NCBI RefSeq assembly: GCF_001194135.2
Contig: NC_068997.1
Location: forward strand, 1,798,345-1,862,344
Direction: 5' to 3'
DNA from: Octopus bimaculoides
Lineage: Eukaryota
Length of the DNA stretch: 64,000 bases
A program made the position numbers and the translations under genes. The notes under the pieces are model-generated. The model saw only the letters and a list, made by a program, of their open reading frames with translations, made no database searches and was not told the origin of the DNA. Shown here in pieces: positions 26,870-40,095 of this stretch. Position 1 is the stretch's first letter, and each line of letters begins with the position of its first letter.

Positions 26870-27799
26870 NNNNNNNNNNNNNNNNNNNNNNNNNNNNNNN
26901 NNNNNNNNNNNNNNNNNNNNNNNNNNNNNNNNNNNNNNNNNNNNNNNNNNNNNNNNNNNNNNNNNNNNNNNNNNNNNNNNNNNNNNNNNNNNNNNNNNNN
27001 NNNNNNNNNNNNNNNNNNNNNNNNNNNNNNNNNNNNNNNNNNNNNNNNNNNNNNNNNNNNNNNNNNNNNNNNNNNNNNNNNNNNNNNNNNNNNNNNNNNN
27101 NNNNNNNNNNNNNNNNNNNNNNNNNNNNNNNNNNNNNNNNNNNNNNNNNNNNNNNNNNNNNNNNNNNNNNNNNNNNNNNNNNNNNNNNNNNNNNNNNNNN
27201 NNNNNNNNNNNNNNNNNNNNNNNNNNNNNNNNNNNNNNNNNNNNNNNNNNNNNNNNNNNNNNNNNNNNNNNNNNNNNNNNNNNNNNNNNNNNNNNNNNNN
27301 NNNNNNNNNNNNNNNNNNNNNNNNNNNNNNNNNNNNNNNNNNNNNNNNNNNNNNNNNNNNNNNNNNNNNNNNNNNNNNNNNNNNNNNNNNNNNNNNNNNN
27401 NNNNNNNNNNNNNNNNNNNNNNNNNNNNNNNNNNNNNNNNNNNNNNNNNNNNNNNNNNNNNNNNNNNNNNNNNNNNNNNNNNNNNNNNNNNNNNNNNNNN
27501 NNNNNNNNNNNNNNNNNNNNNNNNNNNNNNNNNNNNNNNTATATATATATATATATATATGCATACATACATTTATATGACATATGAGTCTGTGTTTGTT
27601 CCCCCACCATCGCTTGACGACCGATGCTGGTGTGCTTATGTCCTCGTAACTTATCGGTCCAGCAAAAGGGACGATAGAATATGTACCTAGCTTAGAAAGA
27701 ATAAGTCGTGGGGTCGATTTGTTCGACTCAAAACTTAAAGACGGTGCTCCAGCATGGCCGCAGTCAAATGACTGAAACAAGTAAAAAAAAATAAAGAAT

Positions 27800-27960
27800 A
27801 CAGTTCAAATTTATTAAAACTTGAAACGAAAGACGAAAACAGGTGAGGGAACAACAATCAGGTGTTTTAGTTTGACGCTCGGGAAGAATGGAAAATCGTT
27901 GACTTTTCGAACCTACGCTCTTCGATAGAAAGGGTGGAAATTATAAAAAATATGAGGAAT
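27800..27960 (-). mobile_element. Third, more decayed copy of the pLTR-like family with a hammerhead remnant (27896-27933)
   Basis: Reverse complement ccttt-ctatcga-a-gagc gtag gttc-gaaaagtc followed by ttcccgagcgtca, as at 12718. A tail-only copy lies at ~57010-57110 (-). Confidence 0.6.
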
Positions 27961-28804
27961 GAAAAGGAAAAACGGAGATTGAAAAGATGTATATACACGA
28001 TTAGCGTTGAGTGTCGGAAAACAAAGTGTCCAAAACAATATTAGAGAGAATACTATCTTTATTTTGATCGAATCAGTCCTTTATGACTCTGGAGTTGTAT
28101 CTGCGCACTCTTGCGTGACAACACTTAAAGTAAATATTCGATAGAATCAGCGAGAGTGGCACAGGGGATGACACGGCTGTACTTTAGAATGACAAGGCTG
28201 TACTTTAGAATCCACGCAGTTGGAGCGAATTCGAAACTTCCTATTCTACGACTATCGCAGTTGTCAGATAGCATACTAGAATATATTGCACATTAAATGC
28301 TTAATGGATATACAATATCATATATCGTAGATAGTTATACTACTTATGACATATAGCATATTGGATGAAATTATTAACTTGAATCCATATAATTAGATGT
28401 TAGGGAAGAGGATTATTTCCACATACGTAAAGCTTTCATGCAATCCACATTACAATGAGTCAAAACCTATGTAGGTACACACACACATACACACACGCCA
28501 TTTCAATATATATTGTGCGTATAATTTATAATTTCAACTTATCAAAGATGCATATGATGCTGCGCATAATTAATCCCAATAAGGACGACGAACGCGAATT
28601 GGACTGGTCATTTCTACAGTTTTCCGGTTTGTGCCTGATATAAATTGCTTTGACCTATCAGTCTCTGTGGACAGAATACGAAGCTACTTGATTTGTAATA
28701 AATCCCTAAATCGGATTGAAATCAGTGATGATAATCGAAATAATGTTAATTCTTCTGGTCACGAAGTGAGATATACGTTTTGCGTTCACTTTCAGACAGT
28801 TGGG

Positions 28805-28865
<61 letters not shown>

Positions 28866-29371
28866 ATGTCTGTCTGTCTGTCTGTCTGTTTGTTTGTCTG
28901 TCTATCTCTCTCTCATTGTATATGTGTTTGTGTGTGTGTGTGTATATATATATGTATCTATTTGTCACACAATGAGACACACCTGCAGCGCTGGATGTTC
29001 CTGTAGCCACTTGTAAGGGATCGATGCTAGTTGTGTCAAAACAATTGTCGCGATTAATAACAACTATCGTATATTCTATCTTCTGTCTTTATATGTATAC
29101 AGAAGGAACACAACAATCGCAAACCAACAAAACAACATGCGGGAAAATAAACTATAGTACGACAAACGGCAAACAGGACACAAACAAGATAACGGATCAT
29201 TCGCAGCTGATTTCCTATACAATGCACTCTCAGCCACTATTATTGACAATTAAATTCTCCCTTTTGGTTTTATATTGTGTCTAGCTACCTTTATTATTTT
29301 ATAATTTTCACATTACCATTTTGCTGAATCAGCCATTAATTCGTATAGTAAAATCTATAAGCGATGGAGTA

Positions 29372-29423
29372 GTACTACTGATGAATTTTAATTTCAAGCG
29401 AAATTGGCTTGCCAATTTAATAC
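29372..29423 (+). ncRNA. Type I hammerhead ribozyme motif, unit 1
   Basis: GTACTA-CTGATGA-ATTT taatttc AAGC-GAAA-TTGGC tt GCCAA-T-T-TAATAC: intact core, perfect helix III, helix I 5/6, helix II weakened. Confidence 0.75.
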
Positions 29424-29708
29424 CCTCACTCGCCTCGGGGCAGTTAAGTCCCCTATCAGTACAGAGATCTGTGCTCTTTGTGATTATAAGGGTTTTTGAT
29501 ACTTATTTCTAGTAATTTAGGTGCTACAATTATCTTCAATCACTATTAGTGGTAATTGAATTCTTCCTTTTTGGTTTTATATTGTGTCTAGCCACCTGCA
29601 TTATTTCATAATTTTCACATTACCATTTTGTAGAATCACCCATTAATTCGTATAGTAATATCTATATGCTGACAGACTGGATTTGACTTTATAGGCGATG
29701 GAGTAGTA

Positions 29709-29760
29709 GTACTACTGATGGGCTTTAATTTCAAGCGTAACTAGCTTGCCAGTTTAGTGC
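29709..29760 (+). ncRNA. Type I hammerhead ribozyme motif, unit 2
   Basis: GTACTA-CTGATGG-GCTT taatttc AAGC-GTAA-CTAGC tt GCCAG-T-T-TAGTGC: helices I and II fully paired, two core substitutions. Confidence 0.7.
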
Positions 29761-29992
29761 CCTCGCTCGCAATGGGGCAGTTAACTCCCTTGTCAGTAGA
29801 TAGACTTGCTCTATGTTTATGGCTATAAGGGTCTTTGATTCTTATTTCTAGCAATCTAGGTGCTACAATGCATACCCAGTCACTATCAGTGACAATTTCG
29901 CTTTAGGTTTTATATTGCGTATAGCCACCTAGTAACTAGAACAGTTGGCACCTATACATACTTACATACATATATATGTTTATATATGTATA

Positions 29993-30037
<45 letters not shown>

Positions 30038-30157
30038 ATATAATATAATATATATACCGTAGTAAGAACATAAATGCGAAACAAGATGGAAAAAATAGTA
30101 CTCGAATACCGGAGGTTGAGTAATATGCTTTATTAAGAAGCAGTAAAAAATATCTCA

Positions 30158-30203
30158 AAAACTGTTACTCAGAGTTTCACGCTCCTGTTCGTCGGGCAGT
30201 TTT
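30158..30203 (-). ncRNA. Minimal hammerhead-like motif in a probable Penelope-like pLTR remnant (~30055-30590)
   Basis: Reverse complement AAAACTGC-CCGACGA-AC aggagc GT-GAAA-CTC t GAG-TA-ACAGTTTT: 7-bp helix I plus one mismatch, U4C change, GUA site. Confidence 0.6.
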
Positions 30204-33200
30204 GTTTAGAATAGAACAAAATGAGGTTGTATGCATAAATATACAATTACTTTGATAGCTACTCATTTGAAATTGGTTTTGTTTCATTGGTCCTTTCAAC
30301 TAACGGTTGAATGAAATTACAATTGCGGTTTAAAATCATATTATAAAAATCGAAGAAAACCTTAACTCAAAAATAGCTTATGTAGGATGGGAAAAAAAGA
30401 CCTGAATATCTAGGGTAAATAATTAGTGGTAAAAAAATACTAATAATTTAAATAAATTAAATGATATATCCATCAAAAAATTTTCAATCTAAAATACATA
30501 TACATTTAGCAATACATACACATACCAAATAACGTGTGTATACTTACATGCACTAAACATACAGGCGTTGGTAATGGCTACATATATATATATATATATA
30601 TATCTTGGACCATGAAATCCTGCTTGTCCTCTCAAACGATGGTAAGTTATGGTTTCAGGAAATTTGGTTATTATTTCTATCTTGTTGATCTATAGTGTAA
30701 AATCTCCACGATTGGCCCTGATTGCAAAAGTCGGTAATTGCAATCTACATAATCATTCATACGGTTGATCCCTTTATAAAATCACAAATAAAGAACACGA
30801 TTTGACATTTCTTTCAATATAACTACTTTTATATCATAGTTTATTGCGATATAGCTACTTTCACATCATAGTGCCGAGGTCAACGTGACCTAGAGTCAAA
30901 CCTGCTTAGCCTTTAGTATCTTCCTGTATCTTAGACCACATTGTCATCGCCGTAGTGATACGAGTTGAAAATTTGGTTCTAACTCCTAGTATGTCGAACG
31001 ATGGTATAAATACTGCTTTTTCCTTGGCTTGTTGGTAGCAGATAATATCACTATATAATGCGGGAGCTTCGCCCTATCTCTTAAAAATTGCAGCAAAATC
31101 ACTTATATCTTGGGAAACGAATAGGAACATATGATAAGGATGTCCTCCTACATATCACTAAAGAGAGAGGATAATCATCTCTGGAATGCTTTTCATCGTA
31201 GTGCTAATCTGGGATAAGCCACAATAAATAGAACACTAAAACGGCAGCTGTTTTATTTGCTGAAATACTCTCATAGGTTACCTTGCAGGGCGATTTGTTC
31301 TTACCAACGAGCACTAAATAACAATATTTTAGGATGTCCTGCTGCAATATGACTGCCAGCTATTAAATGTAATTTCCCGTTATTTGATATATTACTACAT
31401 CTAATCTCTCTCTCCCTCGCCTTTTGTCTCTTTCTTTCTGACACGTTAGACAGAATATCTTCGTAACCTGAAATTATTTGTAGAATTCCTTTATGAACAA
31501 CACAAATCCTTATCGACTCGAAAAGTAGCTTGAATAAAGGCTGCTTGTTTCATTTTCATCTCACAGAAATCAAATAATTTGGAGCTATTTATCATGGTGT
31601 AACACCATAATGAAACCAACGCTCCTACTTGAGATTGCAATACAAAAGAAAAACGGTGACCTGTTATAAGATGCCTGATAAAATAGATTTCATTAAATAT
31701 TAAATAATGGTCACGTGCTCAATCTTATGAGCATTATTCTGTTTCATTAGTTATTCAGATTATTTAGCATCGAATTGCTGTTTTTTTTTTAATGTGAATC
31801 GCCATTTTCTATCGAAGGAATTTTCCACTGAAGTTTTAAATCATGCTGACAGTAATATAAAAGATGCAATGGAGAGATGAATCCTCAATGCTCCACCTCA
31901 AACATCTCTGTCACCATGATAAAGAACATCTTATCGCAGACAATAAAATGTGTGACGATAAGAAGGGCAAACAACTGTTGAAACTATGCCAATAGACATA
32001 TGCATTACAACAGACAACTAGCTTTCTCTATTGTTGAAGCGGTAAGAGGACAAGTAGCAAACACTGAGATACCGAGAGAGACACCCAATTCACGCAAGAT
32101 CAGAGAAATAGCCATAACATGAAGGTGGTGGTGGTGATGATTATGATGATGATGTAGCACATATCAGATTGATTGGCTGGCCTTGGACTGTTCTAAATGT
32201 ACCTATTACAGCCGTTGATCTGTATTTCTTAATCCCAACAACCCCGTGCTGAAGAGAAGAAATCTCACGCTTTTGGTAAACAAATGATATTCTTTACCAT
32301 TCTCTCAATTGACACTGTCTGTTAGCTTAACATGAGGTTAACCCTCGTAAAGCGGAACAATGTGTACTGACATTCCGACCACGGCCATCCCGGCCTTTTC
32401 ATTCATTATTTTATCCAATGTGTCAATTTAAAGTTGATAATGTCTGTTTTGAGGGAACGTTAGCTGCACAGTCTAGTATATCAATAACTATGTAATAAAT
32501 CCCTCATTGGTTCCAGTGAGTAGAATGTCATTCTAGTGGGCAATCAAGATGGTATTGCTTTCATGTAGTTCTTCATAGGTTAAAAACATTTCGTGATTTA
32601 AACTTGCTGGGCTACAGCGACAGCAATCCCAAATGCATTAATTTTAATATTTTAGTTCTTTCAACAACTGTATGTGACAATATTGGAGCAACGCTTGCTT
32701 CATTGATTTCCACGTTTGTTAGATACGATTTCAAAGTTTGGCATTAGACCAGCAATTCCAGTGCTCAAATGGCACTTGTTTTATCGTTCCCAAGACGATG
32801 AAACGGAAAGTCGAACTCGGTGGAAATTGAACTCAGAATGTAAAGACGAACGAAATGCTGTTAAGCATATTGCCTGGCTTGCTAAAGATTCTACCAGCTC
32901 GCCACTTATGGCAACAACTTCAGACGCATTAATTCTACATTCTTTTAGTCCTCCCAATAACTGTGTGTGTCGATGCTGGGGAAATGCGCGCGTCTTTGAT
33001 TTCCTCGTTTGTAAGATATAACTTATGTTGATAGGGAATATAACAGGATTGAACTAGAGTGAAACAACAACAATATCTCTACTTCTTTGAAAATATGGCT
33101 TATCAAACGAGAAAAGCATGCCCGTGGTTGCGTGACATGCTCTACATAATAGCCAAATTTTCTTTGCAATAACACTTCTGTTTTCAAATGAATAAGAAAA

Positions 33201-33783
33201 CCCGTTTAGATAATAAAGGCCTACGTATTAGATAGATGAAACGGCCACACTTAGAATTAGATGTCATGGAACGTATTAGGTACTAGATAAAGATTCATGA
33301 TATGCTGATATAAAACCTCTCCAACATCAAGACGAAGGTAAAAGGAAACTGGTTGGCAAATCATATTTTACTTCAGCGTGTGGAAAAAACAGGTATATAT
33401 AAGACAAAATAAAAAAAAACAAACAAACAAAAAGATCAAATAGAAATATCCTATATTGAATACAACATACTCAATGTAGTTCGTCTAACGGTATAAAGCT
33501 TGAACACCTTATACAGTTAGCTAACATAGGAAAGCAAAAATGTTAAAGTTGTTATTAGAATTCGTTTCAACTACAAACAGCTATTTGTATCAATAATTAA
33601 TTCTTCGATATGTCTCGATCTGTTGTAAGACAATTTTCTCAAGGCTTCTAGGACAGATATAGGAATACGTATTTAGTGAAGGAATTTCCTTTTCAACCAA
33701 TCGGATCCGGATTAGGTCTTACTACATATCGCATTGTGTTAATGCCTTCCATTGTAATTTTGAAACAGTTTCAGTTTCAATGA

Positions 33784-33925
33784 CGTGGCTATGTGGTAAG
33801 AAGCTTGCTTCCTAAACACGCGGTGCCGGGTTCATCCCCACTGCGTGGCACCACCTTGAGCAGGTGTCTTCTATAGCCTCCGGCCGACCGGAGCCATGTG
33901 AGTGGATTTCGGAAACAAGCCCTTC

Positions 33926-33927
<2 letters not shown>
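33784..33927 (+). mobile_element. SINE family A 5' head
   Basis: gtggctatgtggtaagaagcttgc...gggttcatccccactgcgtggcacc, ending in (TA)n. Confidence 0.8.
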
Positions 33928-33979
<52 letters not shown>

Positions 33980-34589
33980 NNNNNNNNNNNNNNNNNNNNN
34001 NNNNNNNNNNNNNNNNNNNNNNNNNNNNNNNNNNNNNNNNNNNNNNNNNNNNNNNNNNNNNNNNNNNNNNNNNNNNNNNNNNNNNNNNNNNNNNNNNNNN
34101 NNNNNNNNNNNNNNNNNNNNNNNNNNNNNNNNNNNNNNNNNNNNNNNNNNNNNNNNNNNNNNNNNNNNNNNNNNNNNNNNNNNNNNNNNNNNNNNNNNNN
34201 NNNNNNNNNNNNNNNNNNNNNNNNNNNNNNNNNNNNNNNNNNNNNNTATATATGCAAATATTTAGATTCAGATGAATTAGGTACTTAAGTTTTGAGGCAC
34301 CAGAATTTAGTACGGTATTATCCATACAATTTCAAAATAAGGTTAATAAAATCAAAATAATTAGAAAATAGAGAAAATCACAGATTAACCAACACATCTA
34401 TTGGACCACATTTATAGCTTATTTTTAATACAAAGCATGACATAACAAGACAGGTGACGTAAGATATCTTACGCTCGTTACTGATCAGGTTGCCAAAATG
34501 CAGTCTATAAATAAATGCGAGAACAAAACTCTTCATCTTGAAAAGGCATTCGAATTAAGGCAACGAATCTTCATCAGAGTGAAAAACAC

Positions 34590-35426
34590 TCAATAAGTAT
34601 CCGGACTGTTTCCATAGTAACAAATCTAAAGAACGTAGAGTGAAGTGACTTGACATAGATTGACCTTGAACTCTACTGTGCTTGCGCACTAAATTTTACA
34701 GCAGTGCTTGGAAGGAATGTGTGTAACGTGTGATCATCGCATTGACCATCACGGAGAAAGTTGTCTAGGTGATATCTGCTCAGAAGTCCATCCAAAATTG
34801 CAGAAAGTTTATGGAGAGGTGTGTATGAGCCACACACAAGTGTACGAGGGGGTTCAGACATTTCGAAGATGGCCGTTCTGGGACGAATGTTCTGGGAGAC
34901 CCGCAACAAGCAAAACTGAAAAAACATCGCAGAAGTGCGTGCAGCTGTGAGGGGAAATCGTCAAATCACCACCCGTGAATTAGAGCATGTGCAGATTAGT
35001 TACGGTTCAGATCAGTCCATTATCATTCAAAATCTGGATATGAGACACATGTCTGTCAAGTTGGTGTCAAAACCGCTTTCAGCTGACCAAGAAACATACA
35101 AGTTTCAGTTGCACAAGATCTTGATCATGTCGAGAAAGATGAAAATGTTTGAAAACTTTCCGTAGGCCTCTGAGTACGTATCGCCAACCTTTAGGCAAAA
35201 TTTGATGCAGATTATCTGCTCAACTTTCTCTATCATGCTCCATGCGACCATCACATGCTACACACCTCCCTTCCAAGCCCTGCTGTAAATACAGAAAGTG
35301 AGCTAGAAGGTAAAATTTAGTGCGGATGCACAGCAGAGTTCAATGTCAATCTGTACCAAGCGGCTTCACTCTGAGTGCTTTAGCTTCGTTACAATGCCAA
35401 CAGTCCGGATACTTATTGATCAGACC
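34590..35426 (+). mobile_element. Non-autonomous mariner derivative made of two inverted 5' ends
   Basis: TIRs caataagtatccggactgtt / aacagtccggatacttattg; + strand encodes transposase HTH remnants (LQKVYGEVCMSHTQVYE, SGRPATSKTE, RELEHVQISYGS); 35148-35426 is an inverted copy of the 5' end including MIEKVEQIICIKFCLK. Confidence 0.85.
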
Positions 35427-35473
35427 ACATATATACATTTATATATATGCATGTATGTATGCATATGCATGTA

Positions 35474-35512
<39 letters not shown>

Positions 35513-36902
35513 NNNNNNNNNNNNNNNNNNNNNNNNNNNNNNNNNNNNNNNNNNNNNNNNNNNNNNNNNNNNNNNNNNNNNNNNNNNNNNNNNNNNNNNN
35601 NNNNNNNNNNNNNNNNNNNNNNNNNNNNNNNNNNNNNNNNNNNNNNNNNNNNNNNNNNNNNNNNNNNNNNNNNNNNNNNNNNNNNNNNNNNNNNNNNNNN
35701 NNNNNNNNNNNNNNNNNNNNNNNNNNNNNNNNNNNNNNNNNNNNNNNNNNNNNNNNNNNNNNNNNNNNNNNNNNNNNNNNNNNNNNNNNNNNNNNNNNNN
35801 NNNNNNNNNNNNNNNNNNNNNNNNNNNNNNNNNNNNNNNNNNNNNNNNNNNNNNNNNNNNNNNNNNNNNNNNNNNNNNNNNNNNNNNNNNNNNNNNNNNN
35901 NNNNNNNNNNNNNNNNNNNNNNNNNNNNNNNNNNNNNNNNNNNNNNNNNNNNNNNNNNNNNNNNNNNNNNNNNNNNNNNNNNNNNNNNNNNTATATGCAT
36001 GTATGTATGCATATGCATGTATGTGTGTGTGTATATATATATATGAAATCAATAGACCGCCATCATGCCACCATATACTGCTAAATTCCTAAGATCCAGG
36101 AAGTAAGCAAAACTACTTATCGACTGCTTGTGTAGGACTGATCCAGGGTGACACGACAAAATGTTGTCATCTATGTCAACCTTATCGTCTTCACTGCTAT
36201 CATCATCTTTTTTTTAAATTATTGTGACAATAATGACGTCAATTCTATAGTTGGTGGTGACGCTGGTGCCTTATGCCTGAGCTGTTTGTGTTGCTACTGC
36301 TGATGATGCATTGGGAGGAGAGGTGAGGGTTATGGTGGGAGAGATGATAGCTCTGGTCGTAGTGGAGGTTGGTGGTGGAGGTGGTAGTGGTGGTGAGTGT
36401 AATGACGAAGATTATGATGATGTCTGCATTGGCGACATTTACGACGAGCAATGACGTCCCAATTTTATTGTTTACATCATACATCAAAGCTTGCCACTTT
36501 TATATACACACACATACGCACACACATACGCACACACATACGCACACACAAACACACACACACACACACACACATACACGCGCGCGCGCATCTGATACGT
36601 TGCATATTGTATACATGTAATATCAACCATATCTTTATTAATAGCATCAACACCGTTACACACATGAAGGTGAAGAAGAAATTTGAAGAGAAAGCAATAG
36701 AAAAGCATCAGTGTCTGTGTCAGAGTGCGCGCGTGTGTGCGTGTGTGTGAGATAATGACGTCACAGGAGATGGTATATAGTCGAGCATAGCTGCCGTTAT
36801 GTGATATATAGCTATCTCACTAGACAGATCAATCACATGAATGTGACAATGTACGTCACTGTTATCTTGTGCGTGAGTATATATGCACACGCATTCACTC
36901 AT

Positions 36903-36933
<31 letters not shown>

Positions 36934-37573
36934 CATACATACGTACATACATTGCGGCAAACAATATCAGGTACCTGTAATAAGATTCATCTATACTCCT
37001 GCATACATATACACCTGTGCATCTATATAATATATACATATATATATGCGCACATATATGTGTACAACAGCCATTCATACATGACGTATATATATATATA
37101 NNNNNNNNNNNNNNNNNNNNNNNNNNNNNNNNNNNNNNNNNNNNNNNNNNNNNNNNNNNNNNNNNNNNNNNNNNNNNNNNNNNNNNNNNNNNNNNNNNNN
37201 NNNNNNNNNNNNNNNNNNNNNNNNNNNNNNNNNNNNNNNNNNNNNNNNNNNNNNNNNNNNNNNNNNNNNNNNNNNNNNNNNNNNNNNNNNNNNNNNNNNN
37301 NNNNNNNNNNNNNNNNNNNNNNNNNNNNNNNNNNNNNNNNNNNNNNNNNNNNNNNNNNNNNNNNNNNNNNNNNNNNNNNNNNNNNNNNNNNNNNNNNNNN
37401 NNNNNNNNNNNNNNNNNNNNNNNNNNNNNNNNNNNNNNNNNNNNNNNNNNNNNNNNNNNNNNNNNNNNNNNNNNNNNNNNNNNNNNNNNNNNNNNNNNNN
37501 NNNNNNNNNNNNNNNNNNNNNNNNNNNNNNNNNNNNNNNNNNNNNNNNNNNNNNNNNNNNNNNNNNNNNNNNN

Positions 37574-37605
<32 letters not shown>

Positions 37606-38428
37606 CACACACACGCCACACAAGCTCCACAAACAGGGCCGCTATGGTTGTAGTATATAAAACTAAATGGCATCCCTCTCACTAAACCCCTCATCGGTAA
37701 ATCATATAGCGTGAAGCATATCTCAATAAATCAAGATTTCTCCAATAAAATACACTTTTCGATCAATGTATTATTGATGAGGCAATCAGAAAGCGATCAA
37801 TTGGCAATATTTTCACCTTGATTATTGATTATCGAAGAACTAGGTAGATGATTGGTTGGATAGGTGGCTGGTTCCCTAGCTGGCTGACTGGCCGACTGGA
37901 TGGGTAGATCGACAGCTGGACGATCGTGTGGGTGGGTCTACAGAGAACAAGCTCGATGAGTAGGTGGATAGGTGGACGTTTGTGTCACCTGGGGGTGATA
38001 TTTGCTGATGAAAGACGGATATAGTGCTTCGCATCCCTGGACGGTTGCTTCAATGGATCGTTAGCTATTTTTAGATGAGGATGAGTGAATTATTGGAAAA
38101 GGGTTGCAATAGAGAAAAGAGTTGGGTTCGGTATAGTAAGGGAATTCAACAATCGCTTCATATCCATATGGAAGCAACGGTGCATGCAGAAGTTGGATTG
38201 ACTGAAGGGTATTATGAGACGGCGTTTAGCGGAAAAGTGTGTATTTGAGGGTTGGTCGTGCTGGTAGATTAGGTACTTGTGGGTGTAACACCTGTTATTT
38301 CTGTTAGAAATGTGATTATTTATGTTTAGCTGTTCGTGTGTGCGTGTGTGCGTGTGTGATAAAATATGGCTCAAGAATGATGACAAATGAACATACGCAA
38401 AAGAGAATACAAAGAGACATGGACACAC

Positions 38429-38511
38429 TTTCTCTTCATTGGTTATCGACCAAAAAGATTCCGAACAGCATTGATAACTTGGTGGCGTCAACAATAGAAT
38501 CAGCAAACCAT
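38429..38511 (-). other. Candidate 83-nt internal exon
   Basis: Good acceptor ttttcttatactgtttttcag|ATGG, frame (D)GLLILLLTPPSYQCCSESFWSITNEEK, weak donor GTGTGT. Confidence 0.2.
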
Positions 38512-40052
38512 CTGAAAAACAGTATAAGAAAAATGTGTCCCAAGACTAAAAAGAAAAAAAAGGGCGAGTGATGACGAGAACGAGAATATATATATATGAA
38601 GAACGCAGCGTCGGACACTGCGGTGTGAGTTCAAATCCTACTGAGATCATCTTCGCCTTTTATCATTCCGAGGTGGATAGAGGACGAAAACAGGGTAGTG
38701 GATTAGAAAGAAAAACTGTTAGGATACTTGGCGGTACATCTTTCATCTGGTTAGGCTGATGAGACTGGTGTTATGTAGTCTTGTCCTCGTCTTAGGACAG
38801 TATCAATGGGGGAGAACCGACAGTTCGAATGTCTGATAGCCCTACTCACACACAGTGTGAATACTGAAGAAAACCTTCATATATATATATATATATATAT
38901 ACATACACATATATATATATATACTTACAAGTTTTGGCCATTGTTGGCGCCCAGGCCATGTCTAACTTACTAGCGCATTACAGAGTAAGCTGGATCAACC
39001 GGCAAACATCAATTCCTACTTGAATGAGAAACCACAGCTCAGTCAAACAGGAAGATAATGCTTATCATATTATATCAATGTGACCGTGATTTATCTGGTA
39101 TTTCCTGAAGGGATTATTTCAAGTACAGCTTGAATGTCATGAGGGCTTTATCGTTACCGATTTCTTTCGAGATTTTATTGAATAAAGCAGAACAAGGATG
39201 AAATATTCACCACGGTGTACAAACAATGTAGATTTTCACAGCGGTGTTGAAGAAAATAAAGCTTTAGGCCTTTGGACCGATCACAATAGTGAAGGCCTTC
39301 AAACAATATATTTAATTTCCTTTTGTTATAAATCTCCTGGTTTCTTCAATTTTCTTGTTTTGTTTTCTGAAGGCAAACCATTGTGAGCACTACTATGCAT
39401 GCGTATATGTGCACGTGCGTATGTGCGTGTGTGTGTGTGTGGATGAGTGCTCACATTTGTATATTTATGCGTACATGTATGTAATTATGTGTTTAGATAT
39501 ACGTGCGTATATATATATATATATATATATATATNNNNNNNNNNNNNNNNNNNNNNNNNNNNNNNNNNNNNNNNNNNNNNNNNNNNNNNNNNNNNNNNNN
39601 NNNNNNNNNNNNNNNNNNNNNNNNNNNNNNNNNNNNNNNNNNNNNNNNNNNNNNNNNNNNNNNNNNNNNNNNNNNNNNNNNNNNNNNNNNNNNNNNNNNN
39701 NNNNNNNNNNNNNNNNNNNNNNNNNNNNNNNNNNNNNNNNNNNNNNNNNNNNNNNNNNNNNNNNNNNNNNNNNNNNNNNNNNNNNNNNNNNNNNNNNNNN
39801 NNNNNNNNNNNNNNNNNNNNNNNNNNNNNNNNNNNNNNNNNNNNNNNNNNNNNNNNNNNNNNNNNNNNNNNNNNNNNNNNNNNNNNNNNNNNNNNNNNNN
39901 NNNNNNNNNNNNNNNNNNNNNNNNNNNNNNNNNNNNNNNNNNNNNNNNNNNNNNNNNNNNNNNNNNNNNNNNNNNNNNNNNNNNNNNNNNNNNNNNNNNN
40001 NNNNNNNNNNNNNNNNNNNNNNNNNNNNNNNNNNNNNNNNNNNNNNNNNNNN

Positions 40053-40095
<43 letters not shown>

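Larger units (their letters stand above)
29217..29930 (+). repeat. Tandem array of ~2.2 diverged units (~310-340 bp), each complete unit with a hammerhead; retrozyme-like
   Basis: Equivalent positions recur at ~29231, ~29538 and ~29877 (cactat...caatt...ggttttatattg.gt.tagc.acct); unit 2 has a ~24-nt insertion. Confidence 0.9.

Noticed and set aside
28175-28211. Small tandem duplications (ggctgtactttagaat x2; also gtgatgaagtt x3 near 48263)
   Set aside because: Ordinary slippage products with no further structure.
35431-36045. Direct duplication of tatatgcatgtatgtatgcatatgcatg... on both sides of an N gap
   Set aside because: Most simply overlapping contig ends in a short-read assembly.
38756-38790. 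CTGATGA-GACT...AGTC hairpin
   Set aside because: Not followed by GAAA or helix III. Similar lone cores at ~13815, ~34572 (-) and ~61620 were also rejected.
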